Below are positions 22,322-32,509 of a stretch of DNA of 64,000 bases, one piece after another. The notes beneath the pieces were generated by a model. The model had not been told where the DNA came from. It did no database searches and saw only the letters and a program-made list of their open reading frames with translations. The DNA lies in the NCBI GenBank assembly GCA_964291675.2, contig OZ219866.1:1856001-1920000 (forward strand), in the 5' to 3' direction. A program made the translations under genes and the position numbers. How positions within the stretch are numbered: the first letter of the stretch is position 1; the number at the start of each line of letters is the position of its first letter. The DNA comes from Alphaproteobacteria bacterium (GTDB lineage Bacteria > Pseudomonadota > Alphaproteobacteria > MPNO01).

Positions 22322-23536
22322 CTAGCCTCCCGCGGCCGCCCGGTCGCGGTAGAAATTGCCGGCGCCGATGCCGTAGGGGGGCGCGTCCGGATCGAAGTGC
22401 ACGCCGATCGGATCGCCGCCGTCCCGCACCAGCCGGATCTGCTCGCGGAGCCGGCGGCGCAGCATGGCGACCCCGGTGTCGCTCGCTGCGAGGCGCTCCT
22501 CGCTGTGCAGGGTGATCGGGCCCTGGCCCTTCTGGATCTCCCAGTCGCCGGGCGCACGCCAGCGTTCTTCCTCCGTCATCTCGGACCATTTGGTCTCCAG
22601 GACCGGCGCGGTGACCAGCGGCACGCCCTCGAAGTCGAGCGGCATGCGGGTGATGTGGAAGGTCCGGTGGCGGGTGTCGTCGACCGGAACCAGCCAGCCC
22701 ATGCTCTCGGCCGTGCCGTGGCTGAGCTGGATGTTGGGGACGCTGCGCAGGCTGGGGAACATGACATGCGTGATCCGGTCCATCTCGCGCCCGTCGGCGA
22801 ACCGGCGATGGGCCGAGTACTGCATCCCGAGCGGCGTGTATTCCCATCCGACGTCCGGCATCACCGCCATGTCGGGGTTGAACTGCGGGCCGGAGAACGC
22901 GGTGTGCAGGATCACGACATGGAACGGGTCCATCGTGTTCTCCCAATCCTGTAGCCAGTTCCACGGGATCGTCTCCTCGGTCTCGTCGCCGCCGACGCTG
23001 AAGCTCGCCGCATCGGGCACGATCTTCCGGTTCCGGGGCAGGTCCTCGAACGGCGCCCAGCGGGGCAGGACGGGCTTCTTCTCCGGCGGCCCCAGATAGG
23101 CGAAGATCAGCCCGTAGCGCTCTTCCACGGGGTACCAGGGCTGGCGGCAGCGCGCCCGGAAGGCCGGCCTGTCGGCTTCGCAGGGCTGGTCGAGGCAGCG
23201 GCCCTCGGTGTCGAACAGCCAGCCGTGATAGGGGCAGCGGATACCCGCCTCCTCGACCTTGGCGAACGACATCGGCGCCCCGCGGTGGATGCAGCGGGGC
23301 GTGATCAGCCCCGGGCGGCCGCGCAGGTCGCGAAACAGGATCAGGTCTTCGCCGAGGACGCGGATCTCGCGCGGCCGCCCGCCCAGACGGTCCGACAGCT
23401 CGACCGGGTGCCAGTAGCGGCGCATCAACTCGCCGCAGGGGGTGCCGGGACCGACTTCGGTTATTTCCGCATCGTGCGTCTGCGGCTCCCGGCCATAGGC
23501 GGTGCCGCCGTCCTGCGCCGCCGTCGATCCGCTCAT
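22322..23536 (-). CDS. Rieske aromatic ring-hydroxylating oxygenase, alpha subunit (phthalate 4,5-dioxygenase-like)
   Basis: VGPGTPCGELMRRYWHPV; Rieske CIHRG...CPYHGW; mononuclear Fe motif ENTMDPFHVVILH. Confidence 0.88.
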   Translation of the reverse strand: MSGSTAAQDGGTAYGREPQTHDAEITEVGPGTPCGELMRRYWHPVELSDRLGGRPREIRVLGEDLILFRDLRGRPGLITPRCIHRGAPMSFAKVEEAGIRCPYHGWLFDTEGRCLDQPCEADRPAFRARCRQPWYPVEERYGLIFAYLGPPEKKPVLPRWAPFEDLPRNRKIVPDAASFSVGGDETEETIPWNWLQDWENTMDPFHVVILHTAFSGPQFNPDMAVMPDVGWEYTPLGMQYSAHRRFADGREMDRITHVMFPSLRSVPNIQLSHGTAESMGWLVPVDDTRHRTFHITRMPLDFEGVPLVTAPVLETKWSEMTEEERWRAPGDWEIQKGQGPITLHSEERLAASDTGVAMLRRRLREQIRLVRDGGDPIGVHFDPDAPPYGIGAGNFYRDRAAAGG

Positions 23537-23619
23537 GGGTCGTGCCTTTCTCCGGGGCTTGCGGCTCGGCAGTGTCGGCACTCGGGCGCACCGGTTCAAC
23601 CCGGTCGCGAGACAGCCCC

Positions 23620-23745
23620 TCGCCGCCGTTCGGGCTCGACGTTTTCGCCGGCCAGGCTGCGTTCGAGGTGCCGCTCGCCGAGCTCTATCCCCGACTCATG
23701 CGGTTCATCGTGCCCGCCATCGCGGCGGCGGCGAGCCTCGCGCAG
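23620..23745 (+). pseudogene. Possible C-terminal remnant of a TRAP DctM gene
   Basis: Translates as SPPFGLDVF...VPLAELYPRLMRFIVPAI, resembling the TPPFGL..F C-terminal DctM motif also seen in 30821-32131; no credible start. Confidence 0.35.
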
Positions 23746-23899
23746 GATTTGAACTCGCCGCCGTCGCCCGGACGGGTACAATCGGCAGCAGCTCGACACG
23801 AGGCCGGCGCCGCCGCCGACAACCGCCGCGGACCGAATCGGGCGTCTCCGGCGGTCGCGGGCACGTGCGAAGCGGATCGTCGACGACGGAGACAACGCC

Positions 23900-24523
23900 A
23901 TGCGGATGCTGCACGACGACGCCATACCCGCGCGCGAAGGCGGCGCCTGGGAGCTCGAACGGGACCAGCACATAAGGATCGTCGACGTGGACGGCGGGTC
24001 GATCTGCGACTTCGTCTGTTTCAACCTGCACAGGCTGGCCGAACGGTTCAGCCAGGCCCGGACCAAGGCCAATCAGGGCAAGATCCTGCTCTCCGTGGGC
24101 GATCACCTGTACACCCGCGACAACAACGTGCTGCTCACCATCGCGGAGGACAGCTACGGCATCCACGACATGGAGTACGGCATGTGCTCCGCCTGGGTGT
24201 ATGAGAACATGGGCGGCGCCTATGACAGCCTCGACGAGGGCTTCCGGATCGGCGGCCCGCTCGGCTATCCCTCATTCGGGTGCTACGAGGTGCTGCAAGG
24301 GGCGTTGAGCGGCTATCCGATCGAGCCCGAGAACATCCCCGAGACCTTCAACATCTTTCAGACCCTGGCCTTCGAGATGCCCGAGGGCACGTTCCGCACC
24401 CAGGCGGGAGGCAGCAAACCGGGCGACTTCATCGACATGGTCGCGCGCATGGACACGCTGTGCGCCGTCAGCGCCTGTCCCGCCGCCGGCAGGCCGCTGA
24501 GGGTCCAGGTCTACGAGCCCTGA
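23900..24523 (+). CDS. Urea carboxylase-associated family protein (DUF1989)
   Basis: IRIVDVDGGSICDFVCFN, ERFSQART, HDMEYGMC, FNIFQ, SKPGDFIDMVARMDTLCAVSACP. Confidence 0.85.
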   Translation: MRMLHDDAIPAREGGAWELERDQHIRIVDVDGGSICDFVCFNLHRLAERFSQARTKANQGKILLSVGDHLYTRDNNVLLTIAEDSYGIHDMEYGMCSAWVYENMGGAYDSLDEGFRIGGPLGYPSFGCYEVLQGALSGYPIEPENIPETFNIFQTLAFEMPEGTFRTQAGGSKPGDFIDMVARMDTLCAVSACPAAGRPLRVQVYEP

Positions 24524-24560
24524 ACGACAGGCCGGCCGGGAATGCGAGGTTGGCCTGGCC

Positions 24561-27416
24561 ATGGAGAACGGCGGCACAGGATCGCGTAGCGGCGCGGCCG
24601 GCCCCGACGACGCGGCGCCTCTGCTGCACCTGATCGCGGCCCTGTCGCGCGAGCTCCGTTCCGCGCCCGACACCCCGCGCGTTACCCTCGACAGCCGGCT
24701 GGGCGAAGAGCTCGGTTTCGACAGCCTGGGGCGCGCCGAGCTGCTGGCGCGCATCGAGCGGAATTTCTCGGTCGGCCTTCCCGGAGCGACGCTGGCGGAG
24801 GCGGAGACCCCGGCCGACCTCTGGCGCGCGCTGCAAGCGGCCGGCGCGCGGCGCGGGCCCGCGACCCCGCCACCCCCGGCGGATGCGCCCCCGGGCCCGG
24901 TCGAATCGATACCGGCCACCGCGGCGACCCTGACCGCGATGCTCGACTGGCACGCCGAGGCGCATCCCGACCGCGTCCACGCCTGGCTCAGGGAACGGGA
25001 AGACCATATCGAGACCGTCACCTACGCGGGGCTGCGCAAGGCGGCTCTGGCGGTCTCCGGCGGCATCCTCCATGCCGGGGTGGCGCCGGGCGGCCGCGTG
25101 GCGCTGATGCTGCCCACCTGCGCCGGGTTCCTGCACGCCTTCTTCGGCATCCTCTACGCCGGCTGCGTGCCGGTTCCGATCTATCCGCCGGCGCGGCCGT
25201 CGCAGCTCGCCGACCATCTGCGCCGTCAGGCGGCGATTCTCGCCAACGCGGGCGCCGAGCTGCTGATCACCGTCCCGGAGGCGCGGGCTCTCGCGGCCTT
25301 CCTGCGCGCGCAGGTCGCGAGCCTGCGTGCCGTCGAGACCGTGGACGGGCTCGGCGGGCGCGGCCGGCCGGAGGCCGCCCCGGCGCCCGGCGCGGGAGAC
25401 GTGGCCTTTCTCCAGTACACCTCGGGCAGCACCGGCGACCCGAAGGGCGTGGTGCTGAGCCACGCCAATTTGCTCGCCAACATCCGCGCCATGGGCCGGG
25501 CGATGGAGGCCGATCCGGGCCGCGACGTGTTCGTGAGCTGGCTTCCGCTCTACCACGACATGGGGCTGATCGGCGCGTGGCTCGGCAGCCTGCATTTCGC
25601 GGTGCCGGTCTCGATCGCCTCGCCGCTGATCTTCCTGGCGCGCCCGGAGAGCTGGCTGTGGGAGATCCACGCAAGGCGGGCGACGCTTTCGGGCGCGCCC
25701 AACTTCGCCTTCGACCTCTGCGTCGAGCGGATCGACGACGAAGCGATCGAGGGGCTCGACCTGAGCTCGGCCCGTATCGTGGTCAACGGGGCGGAGCCGG
25801 TGCGGGCCGCCTCGGTGCGGGCGTTCTGCCGGCGCTTCGCCGCGCATGGCTTCGACCCCGGGGCGCTCGCCCCGGTCTACGGCCTCGCCGAGAGCAGCGT
25901 GGGGCTGGCCTTTCCCCGGCCCGGAAGGGGGCTGCTCGCCGAGCGCATCGACCGGACCGAGCTGGCCGAGCGGTCGCGCGCAATGCCGGTGGCGGAAGGG
26001 CACGGCGATGCGGTCGAGATCGTGGCCTGCGGCTCGCCGCTCCCCGGGCACCAGTTCCGGGTGGTCGACGGGACGGGCCGCGAGCTGCCCGAGCGCCGCC
26101 AGGGGCGGCTGCAATTCGCCGGCCCCTCGTCGACCGCCGGCTACCACGACAACGCCGAGGCCACGCGCGCGCTGTTCGACGGCGACTGGCTGGAGACCGG
26201 CGACCTCGCCTACATCGCCGGCGGCGAGGTCTACCCGACGGGCCGGATCAAGGACGTCGTCATCCGCGGCGGGCGCAACATCCATCCGCACGAGCTCGAA
26301 GCCGCCATCGGCGACCTTCCGGGCATCCGGCGCGGCTGCGTCGCGGTCTTCGCCGCCGCCGGGCCGGGCGGGGAAGAGCGGCTGGTCGCGGTCGCCGAGA
26401 GCCGCGAGGCGGACGGCGCGGCCCGCGACCGGCTGCGGCGCGCCATCGAGGCGGCGGCCGTGGATGTCGCGGGCATCGCGCCGGACGATGTCGTGCTCGC
26501 CCCGCCCCGCGCGGTGCTCAAGACGTCGAGCGGCAAGATCCGCCGCGCCGCCACCCGCCAGCGCTATCTGGAGGGCCGTCTCGACGAGCCCGGCGCCGCG
26601 CCGTGGCGCCAGCTTCTCGGGCTCTGGCTGTCGGCGGCGGCGGCCCGGCTTCGCACCTTCGCCCGCCGGACGCTCGGCCGCGCCTATGCCGGGTACTGGT
26701 GGGCGGTGCTGGCGGTGCTGGCGGCTTCCGTCTGGCCGCTCGCGGTCGCGCTGCCCCGGCGCGCCTGGCGCTGGCGGGTGCTCAATGCCGCCGCGCGCGC
26801 CATGCTGAGGCTCACCTTCACGCGGCTGACGGTGGGCGGCGAGGCGGTGCCTGAGCGCGGCGCCATCCTGGTCGCCAATCACTGCAGCTATCTCGACAGC
26901 CTGGTGCTCGCCGCTGCGCTGCCGGGCGAGACCGCCTTCGTCGCCAAGGCGGAGCTCGCGCCGCAGCTCTTCGCCGGGACGCTGCTGCGCCGGCTCGGCA
27001 CGATCTTCGTCGAGCGGTTCGACGACGCAAGCGGCGTCGGCGATCTCGACGCCGTCATCGAGGCGGCGCAAGCGGGCCGCCGGCTCGCGGTCTATCCGGA
27101 AGGGACGCTCACCCGCCGCCCCGGCCTGCTCGATTTCAGGCTCGGCGCCTTCGCCGCCGCCGCCGCCGCCGGGGTGCCGGTGGTGCCGGTGACGCTGCGC
27201 GGGACGCGCTCGGCGCTGCGCGGCGGCCAGTGGTTCCCCCGCCCGGGCGACGTGCAGGTGACGCTGGGCGCCCGGCTGCTGGCCGAGGGGGACGGGTTCG
27301 CCGCCGCGATCGCGCTCCGCGACGCCGCGCGTGCGGCGATCCTGGCCGGCTGCGGCGAGCCGGATCTTTCCGGCGAGGCGACCCTGCTGGAGGACCGCCG
27401 GCCTCATCCCGAGTAG
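24561..27416 (+). CDS. ACP / fatty acyl-AMP ligase / PlsC-type acyltransferase fusion protein
   Basis: N-terminal LGFDSLGRAEL (phosphopantetheine Ser); FLQYTSGSTGDPKG, SWLPLYHDMGLIG, YGLAE and KTSSGKIRR (FAAL); C-terminal NHCSYLD and YPEGT (PlsC). Confidence 0.9.
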   Translation: MENGGTGSRSGAAGPDDAAPLLHLIAALSRELRSAPDTPRVTLDSRLGEELGFDSLGRAELLARIERNFSVGLPGATLAEAETPADLWRALQAAGARRGPATPPPPADAPPGPVESIPATAATLTAMLDWHAEAHPDRVHAWLREREDHIETVTYAGLRKAALAVSGGILHAGVAPGGRVALMLPTCAGFLHAFFGILYAGCVPVPIYPPARPSQLADHLRRQAAILANAGAELLITVPEARALAAFLRAQVASLRAVETVDGLGGRGRPEAAPAPGAGDVAFLQYTSGSTGDPKGVVLSHANLLANIRAMGRAMEADPGRDVFVSWLPLYHDMGLIGAWLGSLHFAVPVSIASPLIFLARPESWLWEIHARRATLSGAPNFAFDLCVERIDDEAIEGLDLSSARIVVNGAEPVRAASVRAFCRRFAAHGFDPGALAPVYGLAESSVGLAFPRPGRGLLAERIDRTELAERSRAMPVAEGHGDAVEIVACGSPLPGHQFRVVDGTGRELPERRQGRLQFAGPSSTAGYHDNAEATRALFDGDWLETGDLAYIAGGEVYPTGRIKDVVIRGGRNIHPHELEAAIGDLPGIRRGCVAVFAAAGPGGEERLVAVAESREADGAARDRLRRAIEAAAVDVAGIAPDDVVLAPPRAVLKTSSGKIRRAATRQRYLEGRLDEPGAAPWRQLLGLWLSAAAARLRTFARRTLGRAYAGYWWAVLAVLAASVWPLAVALPRRAWRWRVLNAAARAMLRLTFTRLTVGGEAVPERGAILVANHCSYLDSLVLAAALPGETAFVAKAELAPQLFAGTLLRRLGTIFVERFDDASGVGDLDAVIEAAQAGRRLAVYPEGTLTRRPGLLDFRLGAFAAAAAAGVPVVPVTLRGTRSALRGGQWFPRPGDVQVTLGARLLAEGDGFAAAIALRDAARAAILAGCGEPDLSGEATLLEDRRPHPE

Positions 27417-27437
27417 CCGCCAAGCGGCGTATCGAAG

Positions 27438-28638
27438 GGGGCTTATCCCGAATACTTGACGAGCGGGGGGCCGCGACGTTTCGTCCGTCATACCCGGCCC
27501 CCGGATCAAGTCCGGGCGTGTTCCTCTGCTGTCCGGTCTCGACTTTCGACGCGCGCCGCACCCGGCTCTCCCTGCTCCTCCACCGCCACCACCCCGTCAT
27601 GGCCGGCCCCCGCCCCTTCTCCCCGTTGCTCCACCGACTCCCCCGCTCCTCCCCCCGTCATGCCCGGACTTGATCCGGGCACCCATGGCCGGACTTGATC
27701 CGGCCACCCACCGGCGCCACGCCTCCCCACGGCCCGCCGTGCGCGCCGATAGGCCGCATGGGTGCCCGGGCGGGAGGCGCGGTGGCGGCAGTGGGTGCCC
27801 GGATCACCCCCGGACTCGATCCGGGGGCCGGGCATGACGAGGGGGGAGCATGACCGGGGGAGCATGAAGAGGTGGGGCAGCATGGAAGCATGGGGAGCGT
27901 TCGGGCGTTCGGGCACGACGCCGGGGATCGCCGGCGGGCGCGCCGCAGATCGCGCCGCGCGGCCGCGCCGCCCCGTGGCGCCCGGCCCCGCTCCTTCTCC
28001 CCGTTGCTCCACCGACACTCCCGCTACTCCCCACCCCGTCATGCCCGGACTTGATCCGGGCACCCATGGCCGGACTTGATCCGGCCACCCACCGGCGCCG
28101 CCACCCCTCCCCACGGCCCGCCGTGCGCGCCGATAGGCCGCATGGGTGCCCGGATCAAGTCCGGGCATGACGAGGGGGGAGCATGACCTGGGGAGCATGA
28201 CGAGGTGGGGCAGCATGGAAGCATGGGGAGCGTTCGGGCGTTCGGGCACGACGCCGGGGATCCCGGCGGGCGCGCCGCAGATCGCGCCGCGCGGCCGCGC
28301 CGCCCCGTGGCGCCCGGCCCCGCTCCTTCTCCCCGTTGCTCCACCAACACTCCCGCTACTCCCCACCCCGTCATGCCCGGACTTGATCCGGGCACCCATG
28401 GCCGGACTTGATCCGGCCACCCACCGGCGCCGCCACCCCTCCCCACGGCCCGCCGTGCGCGCCGATAGGCCGCATGGGTGCCCGGATCAAGTCCGGGCAT
28501 GACGAGGTGGGTGCATGACGAGGTGGGGAGGCATGGCGAGCGTTCCGACGTTCGGGCGCGCCGCCGGGGATCGCTGGCGGGCGCGCCGCCCCCCGTGACG
28601 CCCGGCCCCCGCTCCGTCAAGTAATCTGGATAAGCCGC
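27438..28638. mobile_element. MITE-like element copy B (about 1.2 kb, internal tandem modules, TSD TATCGAAG)
   Basis: GGGGCTTATCCCGAATACTTGACG at 27438; CGTCAAGTAATCTGGATAAGCCGC ending 28638; TATCGAAG at 27430-27437 and 28639-28646; module starts at 27657, 28038 and 28370. Confidence 0.85.
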
Positions 28639-28677
28639 TATCGAAGGACGCCCCACGCCGCGGGCCTCGCGTCGCCG

Positions 28678-29016
28678 CTACCCGGCCGGCGCCTCTTCGG
28701 CCGCCGCCCCGGTGCGGCCGAGGATAAATCTCTCCAGCAGGCCAAGCCTGCCCTTCACCTCGGACAGACCGTCTTCGACCGAGCGCAGCCGCGCATCGAT
28801 CCCGTCGAAACGTTCGTCGAAGCGTTTCTCGATCCCGTCGATGCGCCTGTCGATGCCGTCGAGGCGCTTGTCGATGCCGTCGAAGCGTTCCTCGAAACGT
28901 TTCTCGAAGCTCTCGAACCGCTTGTACATGTCCCGGCGCAGCGATCCGTTCATCGTGACGATCATCGCGGCGAGCGCCACGCCCACGCCCAGCATGGTGA
29001 TCTGCACCGGGTCCAT
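28678..29016 (-). CDS. Membrane-anchored coiled-coil repeat protein, function unknown
   Basis: N-terminal hydrophobic helix, then FEKRFEERFDGIDKRLDGIDRRIDGIEKRFDERFDGID repeats; GGAG RBS. Confidence 0.7.
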   Translation of the reverse strand: MDPVQITMLGVGVALAAMIVTMNGSLRRDMYKRFESFEKRFEERFDGIDKRLDGIDRRIDGIEKRFDERFDGIDARLRSVEDGLSEVKGRLGLLERFILGRTGAAAEEAPAG

Positions 29017-29250
29017 TACTCGAACTCCCGCACACGCGTGCCATGTCTTTTCGTCATGGCCGGGCGCAGCCTAGCAGGCCGCGCGAACTTCGTCCACGCC
29101 GCCGCCCCCGGCCCGTCCCGATAATGCGCGCGTGCAACCGAAGGGCCGGGCCCCTACACTCCGAATGTCGATCCTGGGCCGAAGGGAGGCGGCCGACGGC
29201 TGCACGGAGCGCGGGATACGACCCATGTCGCTGGCCTGTGGGAGGGAACC

Positions 29251-30267
29251 ATGCGCGCGATTCGTTTATTCGGAATTTCGATTGCGGCCGGGGCGTTGGC
29301 GGCGAGCCTCGCCGCGCCGGCGGTGGCGGCGGAGGCCGAGCTCCGGTTCGTCTCCAACTGGGGCAAGAACCTGTATTCGGTGAAACGCACCATCGAGTGG
29401 GCCGAGGAATTCAACCAGAGCGAAGCGGCCAAGGCGGCGAAGATCGGCATCAAGTATATCGGCGGGCGCGAGGTGACGCCGCCCTTGCAGCAGCTCACCG
29501 CGCTGCGCAAGGGCGTCTTCGACATGCTGTTCGGCGCCGCCGGCTACTATCTCGGCGCGGTACCGGAGTCCTTCGCGATCTACGGCTCCAAGATCACGCC
29601 GATGGAGGCCCGCAAGAACGGCGGTCTCGAGCTGCTCAACCGCATCTATCGCAAGAAGGCCAACGCCCACGTGCTCGGCTGGGTCGCCGGCGGGGTCGGC
29701 GTCAATCTGTGGCTCAAGGAGAAGCCCAGGGTCAAGGCCGACGGCACGCCGGATCTGAGCGGGATGAAGATCCGCGGCATCGCCGGCCTGCACCGGGAAT
29801 GGCTCAAGGCGATGGGCGCGACCCAGATCAGCGTCCCCGCGCCGGGCATTTACAACGCGCTCGAGCGCAACCTCGTCGACGGCGCCGCATGGCCCGGCCT
29901 CGGCATTCTGGGCTTCGGCTTCCAGAAGTTCGTCAGCTACCGGGTCGACCCGATGGTCTGGCAGTTCGACAACTTGATCTGGATCAACCTCGACAAGTGG
30001 AATTCGCTGACCCAGGCGCAGCGCGACGCCCTGACGACATCGGCGATCGCGTTCGAGCCGGTCGCCCACGTGTTCTACGAGAAGCTGGTTGCCGAACGCT
30101 GGGCCAAGCTCGGCGAACAGGGCGTCAAGTCGTTCGAGCTCACCGGTGCCGCGGCCCGGCGCTACATCGCGGCGGCCGAGAAGGTGCAGTGGGACCAGGT
30201 GAAGAAGCTGGCGCCGGACGCGTATGACGAGCTGCGCGAGAAGTTTCCGCCGTCGCCGGTCAACTAG
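29251..30267 (+). CDS. dctP: TRAP transporter substrate-binding protein
   Basis: Signal peptide, DLSGMKIRG, IYNALERNLVDG; GGAGG RBS. Confidence 0.88.
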   Translation: MRAIRLFGISIAAGALAASLAAPAVAAEAELRFVSNWGKNLYSVKRTIEWAEEFNQSEAAKAAKIGIKYIGGREVTPPLQQLTALRKGVFDMLFGAAGYYLGAVPESFAIYGSKITPMEARKNGGLELLNRIYRKKANAHVLGWVAGGVGVNLWLKEKPRVKADGTPDLSGMKIRGIAGLHREWLKAMGATQISVPAPGIYNALERNLVDGAAWPGLGILGFGFQKFVSYRVDPMVWQFDNLIWINLDKWNSLTQAQRDALTTSAIAFEPVAHVFYEKLVAERWAKLGEQGVKSFELTGAAARRYIAAAEKVQWDQVKKLAPDAYDELREKFPPSPVN

Positions 30268-30297
30268 GCGACGCGACGCCGGCGCCTCGCAGCGGGC

Positions 30298-30813
30298 GTG
30301 CGCCACCTCGTCCGGCTCTACGACAGGCTGATCGCGGCGCTGGCGGCCGTCGCCGTCGCCATGCTCGCCGGCGTGTTCGTCATGATCGTCTACGACGTGA
30401 CCGTGCGCGCGCTCGGCTACCAGCCGCCGGCGCATACCAGCGCGCTCAGCGAATACGCCATGCTTTACATGACCCTGCTGGCCGCGCCCTGGGTGCTGCG
30501 CAACAAGGGCCATGTCTTCGTCGAGTTTCTGGCCGGCAGCCTGCCGCGCGCAATGCGGCGTGCGCTGCAGCGCGGCATCTACGTGCTGTGCATCGCGGTC
30601 TGTCTGGGCCTCGCCTATTACGGGCTGGGTGCGGCGCTCGACTACTGGGAGCGCGGCGAGCTCGACATCAGGTCCATCGTGATCGCCAAATGGGCGTTCT
30701 ACGCGCCCCTGCCCGTCGGCTGTTTCCTGTGCGCCGTCGAGTTCGGCCGTTTCCTGCTCGGCGTTGACGACATGTACGACCGCGGGCCGGACATCGACAC
30801 GGAAGGCATCTGA
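30298..30813 (+). CDS. dctQ: TRAP transporter small permease
   Basis: SEYAMLYMTLLAAPWVLRNKGHVFVE; four TM segments. Confidence 0.87.
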   Translation: MRHLVRLYDRLIAALAAVAVAMLAGVFVMIVYDVTVRALGYQPPAHTSALSEYAMLYMTLLAAPWVLRNKGHVFVEFLAGSLPRAMRRALQRGIYVLCIAVCLGLAYYGLGAALDYWERGELDIRSIVIAKWAFYAPLPVGCFLCAVEFGRFLLGVDDMYDRGPDIDTEGI

Positions 30814-30820
30814 CCGGCCG

Positions 30821-32131
30821 ATGGAGTGGTACTGGATCGCCGCCATCGCCATCGGCCTCGTGGTGCTGCTGATGGGGCTGTCCGTCCCGGTCGCCATCGC
30901 CTTCTTCGCCGTCAGCGCGCTCGGCGCCTTCTGGGTGTCCGGCGAGCCGGGGCTGGAGCAGATCGCCGACAACGCCCCGGCCTCGATCTCCTCCTACGCC
31001 TTCGTGCCGATCCCGCTCTTCCTGCTGATGGGGGAGCTGTTCTTCCACACCGGGGTCGCCGGCCGGGTGTTCGACGCCTTCGATGCCCTGTTCGGCCGCC
31101 TGCCCGGCCGCCTCTCCTATGTGACCGTGGCAAGCGGCACCGCCTTCGCCGCGCTCTCCGGCAATTCGATGGGCAACACGGCCATGCTCGGCTCGCTGCT
31201 GGTCCCGGAGATGACCCGGCGGGGCTACAAGAAGCACATGTCGATGGGGCCGATCCTCGGCGTCGGCGGGCTGGCGATGATCATCCCGCCGTCGGGGCTT
31301 GGCGTGCTGCTCGGCAGCCTGGCCAAGATCGATATCGGCAAGCTGCTGATCGCCGGCGTCATTCCCGGGCTGATCCTGGCCGCGCTCTATGCCCTGCTGA
31401 TCTACATCCAGGTCCGCATCGACCCGGAGGCGGCGCCGCAATACGCGGTCGAGCCGGTGCCGCTCGGCCGCAAGCTCTGGCTGGTCGCGAGCCAGCTCCT
31501 GCCGATGGGCGTCGTCATCTTCGCGGTGATCGGGCTGATCGTGCTCGGCATCGCCACGCCGGAAGAATCGGCCGCCTTCGGCGTGCTCGGCGTGCTGGTG
31601 CTGGCCGCCGTCTTCCGCACGCTCACGCTGCGCGCCGTGATCCGCGCGCTGACCGGCGCGCTGCGCGTCACCTGCATGGTGCTCTTCATCGTGATCGCCT
31701 CCTACGCCTTTACGCAGATCCTGGCGCTCACGGGCGCGACGCGAACCCTGGTCGACACCGTGGCCACGATCGAGCTGGCGCCGCTGCTCCTGCTGCTGAT
31801 CATGTTCCTGATCCTGCTGGTCATGGGCATGTTCATGGATGTGGTCTCGATCATGCTGCTGACGATCCCGATCTTCTTCCCGCTCGCCGAGTCGCTGGGC
31901 TACGACCCGGTCTGGTTCGGCCTCGTCATGCTGCTCACCCTCGAAATCAGCATGGTCACGCCGCCCTTCGGCCTCGGCCTGTTCGTCATGCTCGGCGTCG
32001 CGCCGCGGGGCACCACCCTCGGCGATGTCGCCAAGGCCGCGGCGCCCTATGTCGTCTGCGACCTGATCCTGTTCGCCCTGCTCGTCGCCTTCCCGTCGAT
32101 CGCCCTGTTCCTGCCCGGCCTGATGGAGTGA
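30821..32131 (+). CDS. dctM: TRAP transporter large permease
   Basis: PIPLFLLMGELFFHTG, LAMIIPPS, IATPEESAAFG, TPPFGLGLF. Confidence 0.92.
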   Translation: MEWYWIAAIAIGLVVLLMGLSVPVAIAFFAVSALGAFWVSGEPGLEQIADNAPASISSYAFVPIPLFLLMGELFFHTGVAGRVFDAFDALFGRLPGRLSYVTVASGTAFAALSGNSMGNTAMLGSLLVPEMTRRGYKKHMSMGPILGVGGLAMIIPPSGLGVLLGSLAKIDIGKLLIAGVIPGLILAALYALLIYIQVRIDPEAAPQYAVEPVPLGRKLWLVASQLLPMGVVIFAVIGLIVLGIATPEESAAFGVLGVLVLAAVFRTLTLRAVIRALTGALRVTCMVLFIVIASYAFTQILALTGATRTLVDTVATIELAPLLLLLIMFLILLVMGMFMDVVSIMLLTIPIFFPLAESLGYDPVWFGLVMLLTLEISMVTPPFGLGLFVMLGVAPRGTTLGDVAKAAAPYVVCDLILFALLVAFPSIALFLPGLME

Positions 32132-32149
32132 TCCGCCAGGCGCCGTCGG

Positions 32150-32428
32150 GGCGCCGGCGGTGCCAGAGTCCATCGAGCCATCCGAGCGCATGGCCTCGCG
32201 GATGCGATGCGACAGGAACCACGCCGACCGGACCGTGACGCCCAGCGTCCGGGAGAGCTTGCCCTCGGGGTGCTTCTTGGACCGCTTGGTACGGACGCCC
32301 TTCAGCACACAGGCGCCGTCGACGACGCCGCACGCGGGGCAGACTGGCCCATCGGGCCACAGCATCGCCTCGACATGGGCGAACGCCGCTGTCTCATCGT
32401 GCATGTACGGGGCTGAAACGGCTGACAT
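32150..32428 (-). pseudogene. IS1595-family transposase remnant (internally deleted)
   Basis: HDETAAFAHVEAMLWPDGPVCPACG (Zn ribbon start) joined directly to LSRTLGVTVRSAWFLSHRIREAM (HTH); second CxxC and DDE domain absent. Confidence 0.75.
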
Positions 32429-32509
32429 CGCGGGCTTGCCGCCGGCGGCTGGCGAGAAATGGGGGCCGTTTCCGGCGACCGGCACTTGTCGAGGAAGAGG
32501 CTCGCCCGC

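Noticed and set aside
24468-27509. Long antisense and off-frame ORFs (also 7317-9893, 43874-47377, 51829-54783, 15912-18344 and others)
   Set aside because: They overlap well-supported genes, have no motifs, and are expected when stop codons are scarce at this GC content
27438-28638. Repeat cluster as a CRISPR array
   Set aside because: Units are palindromic, irregularly spaced and in both orientations, the intervening sequences are themselves repeated, and no cas genes are present
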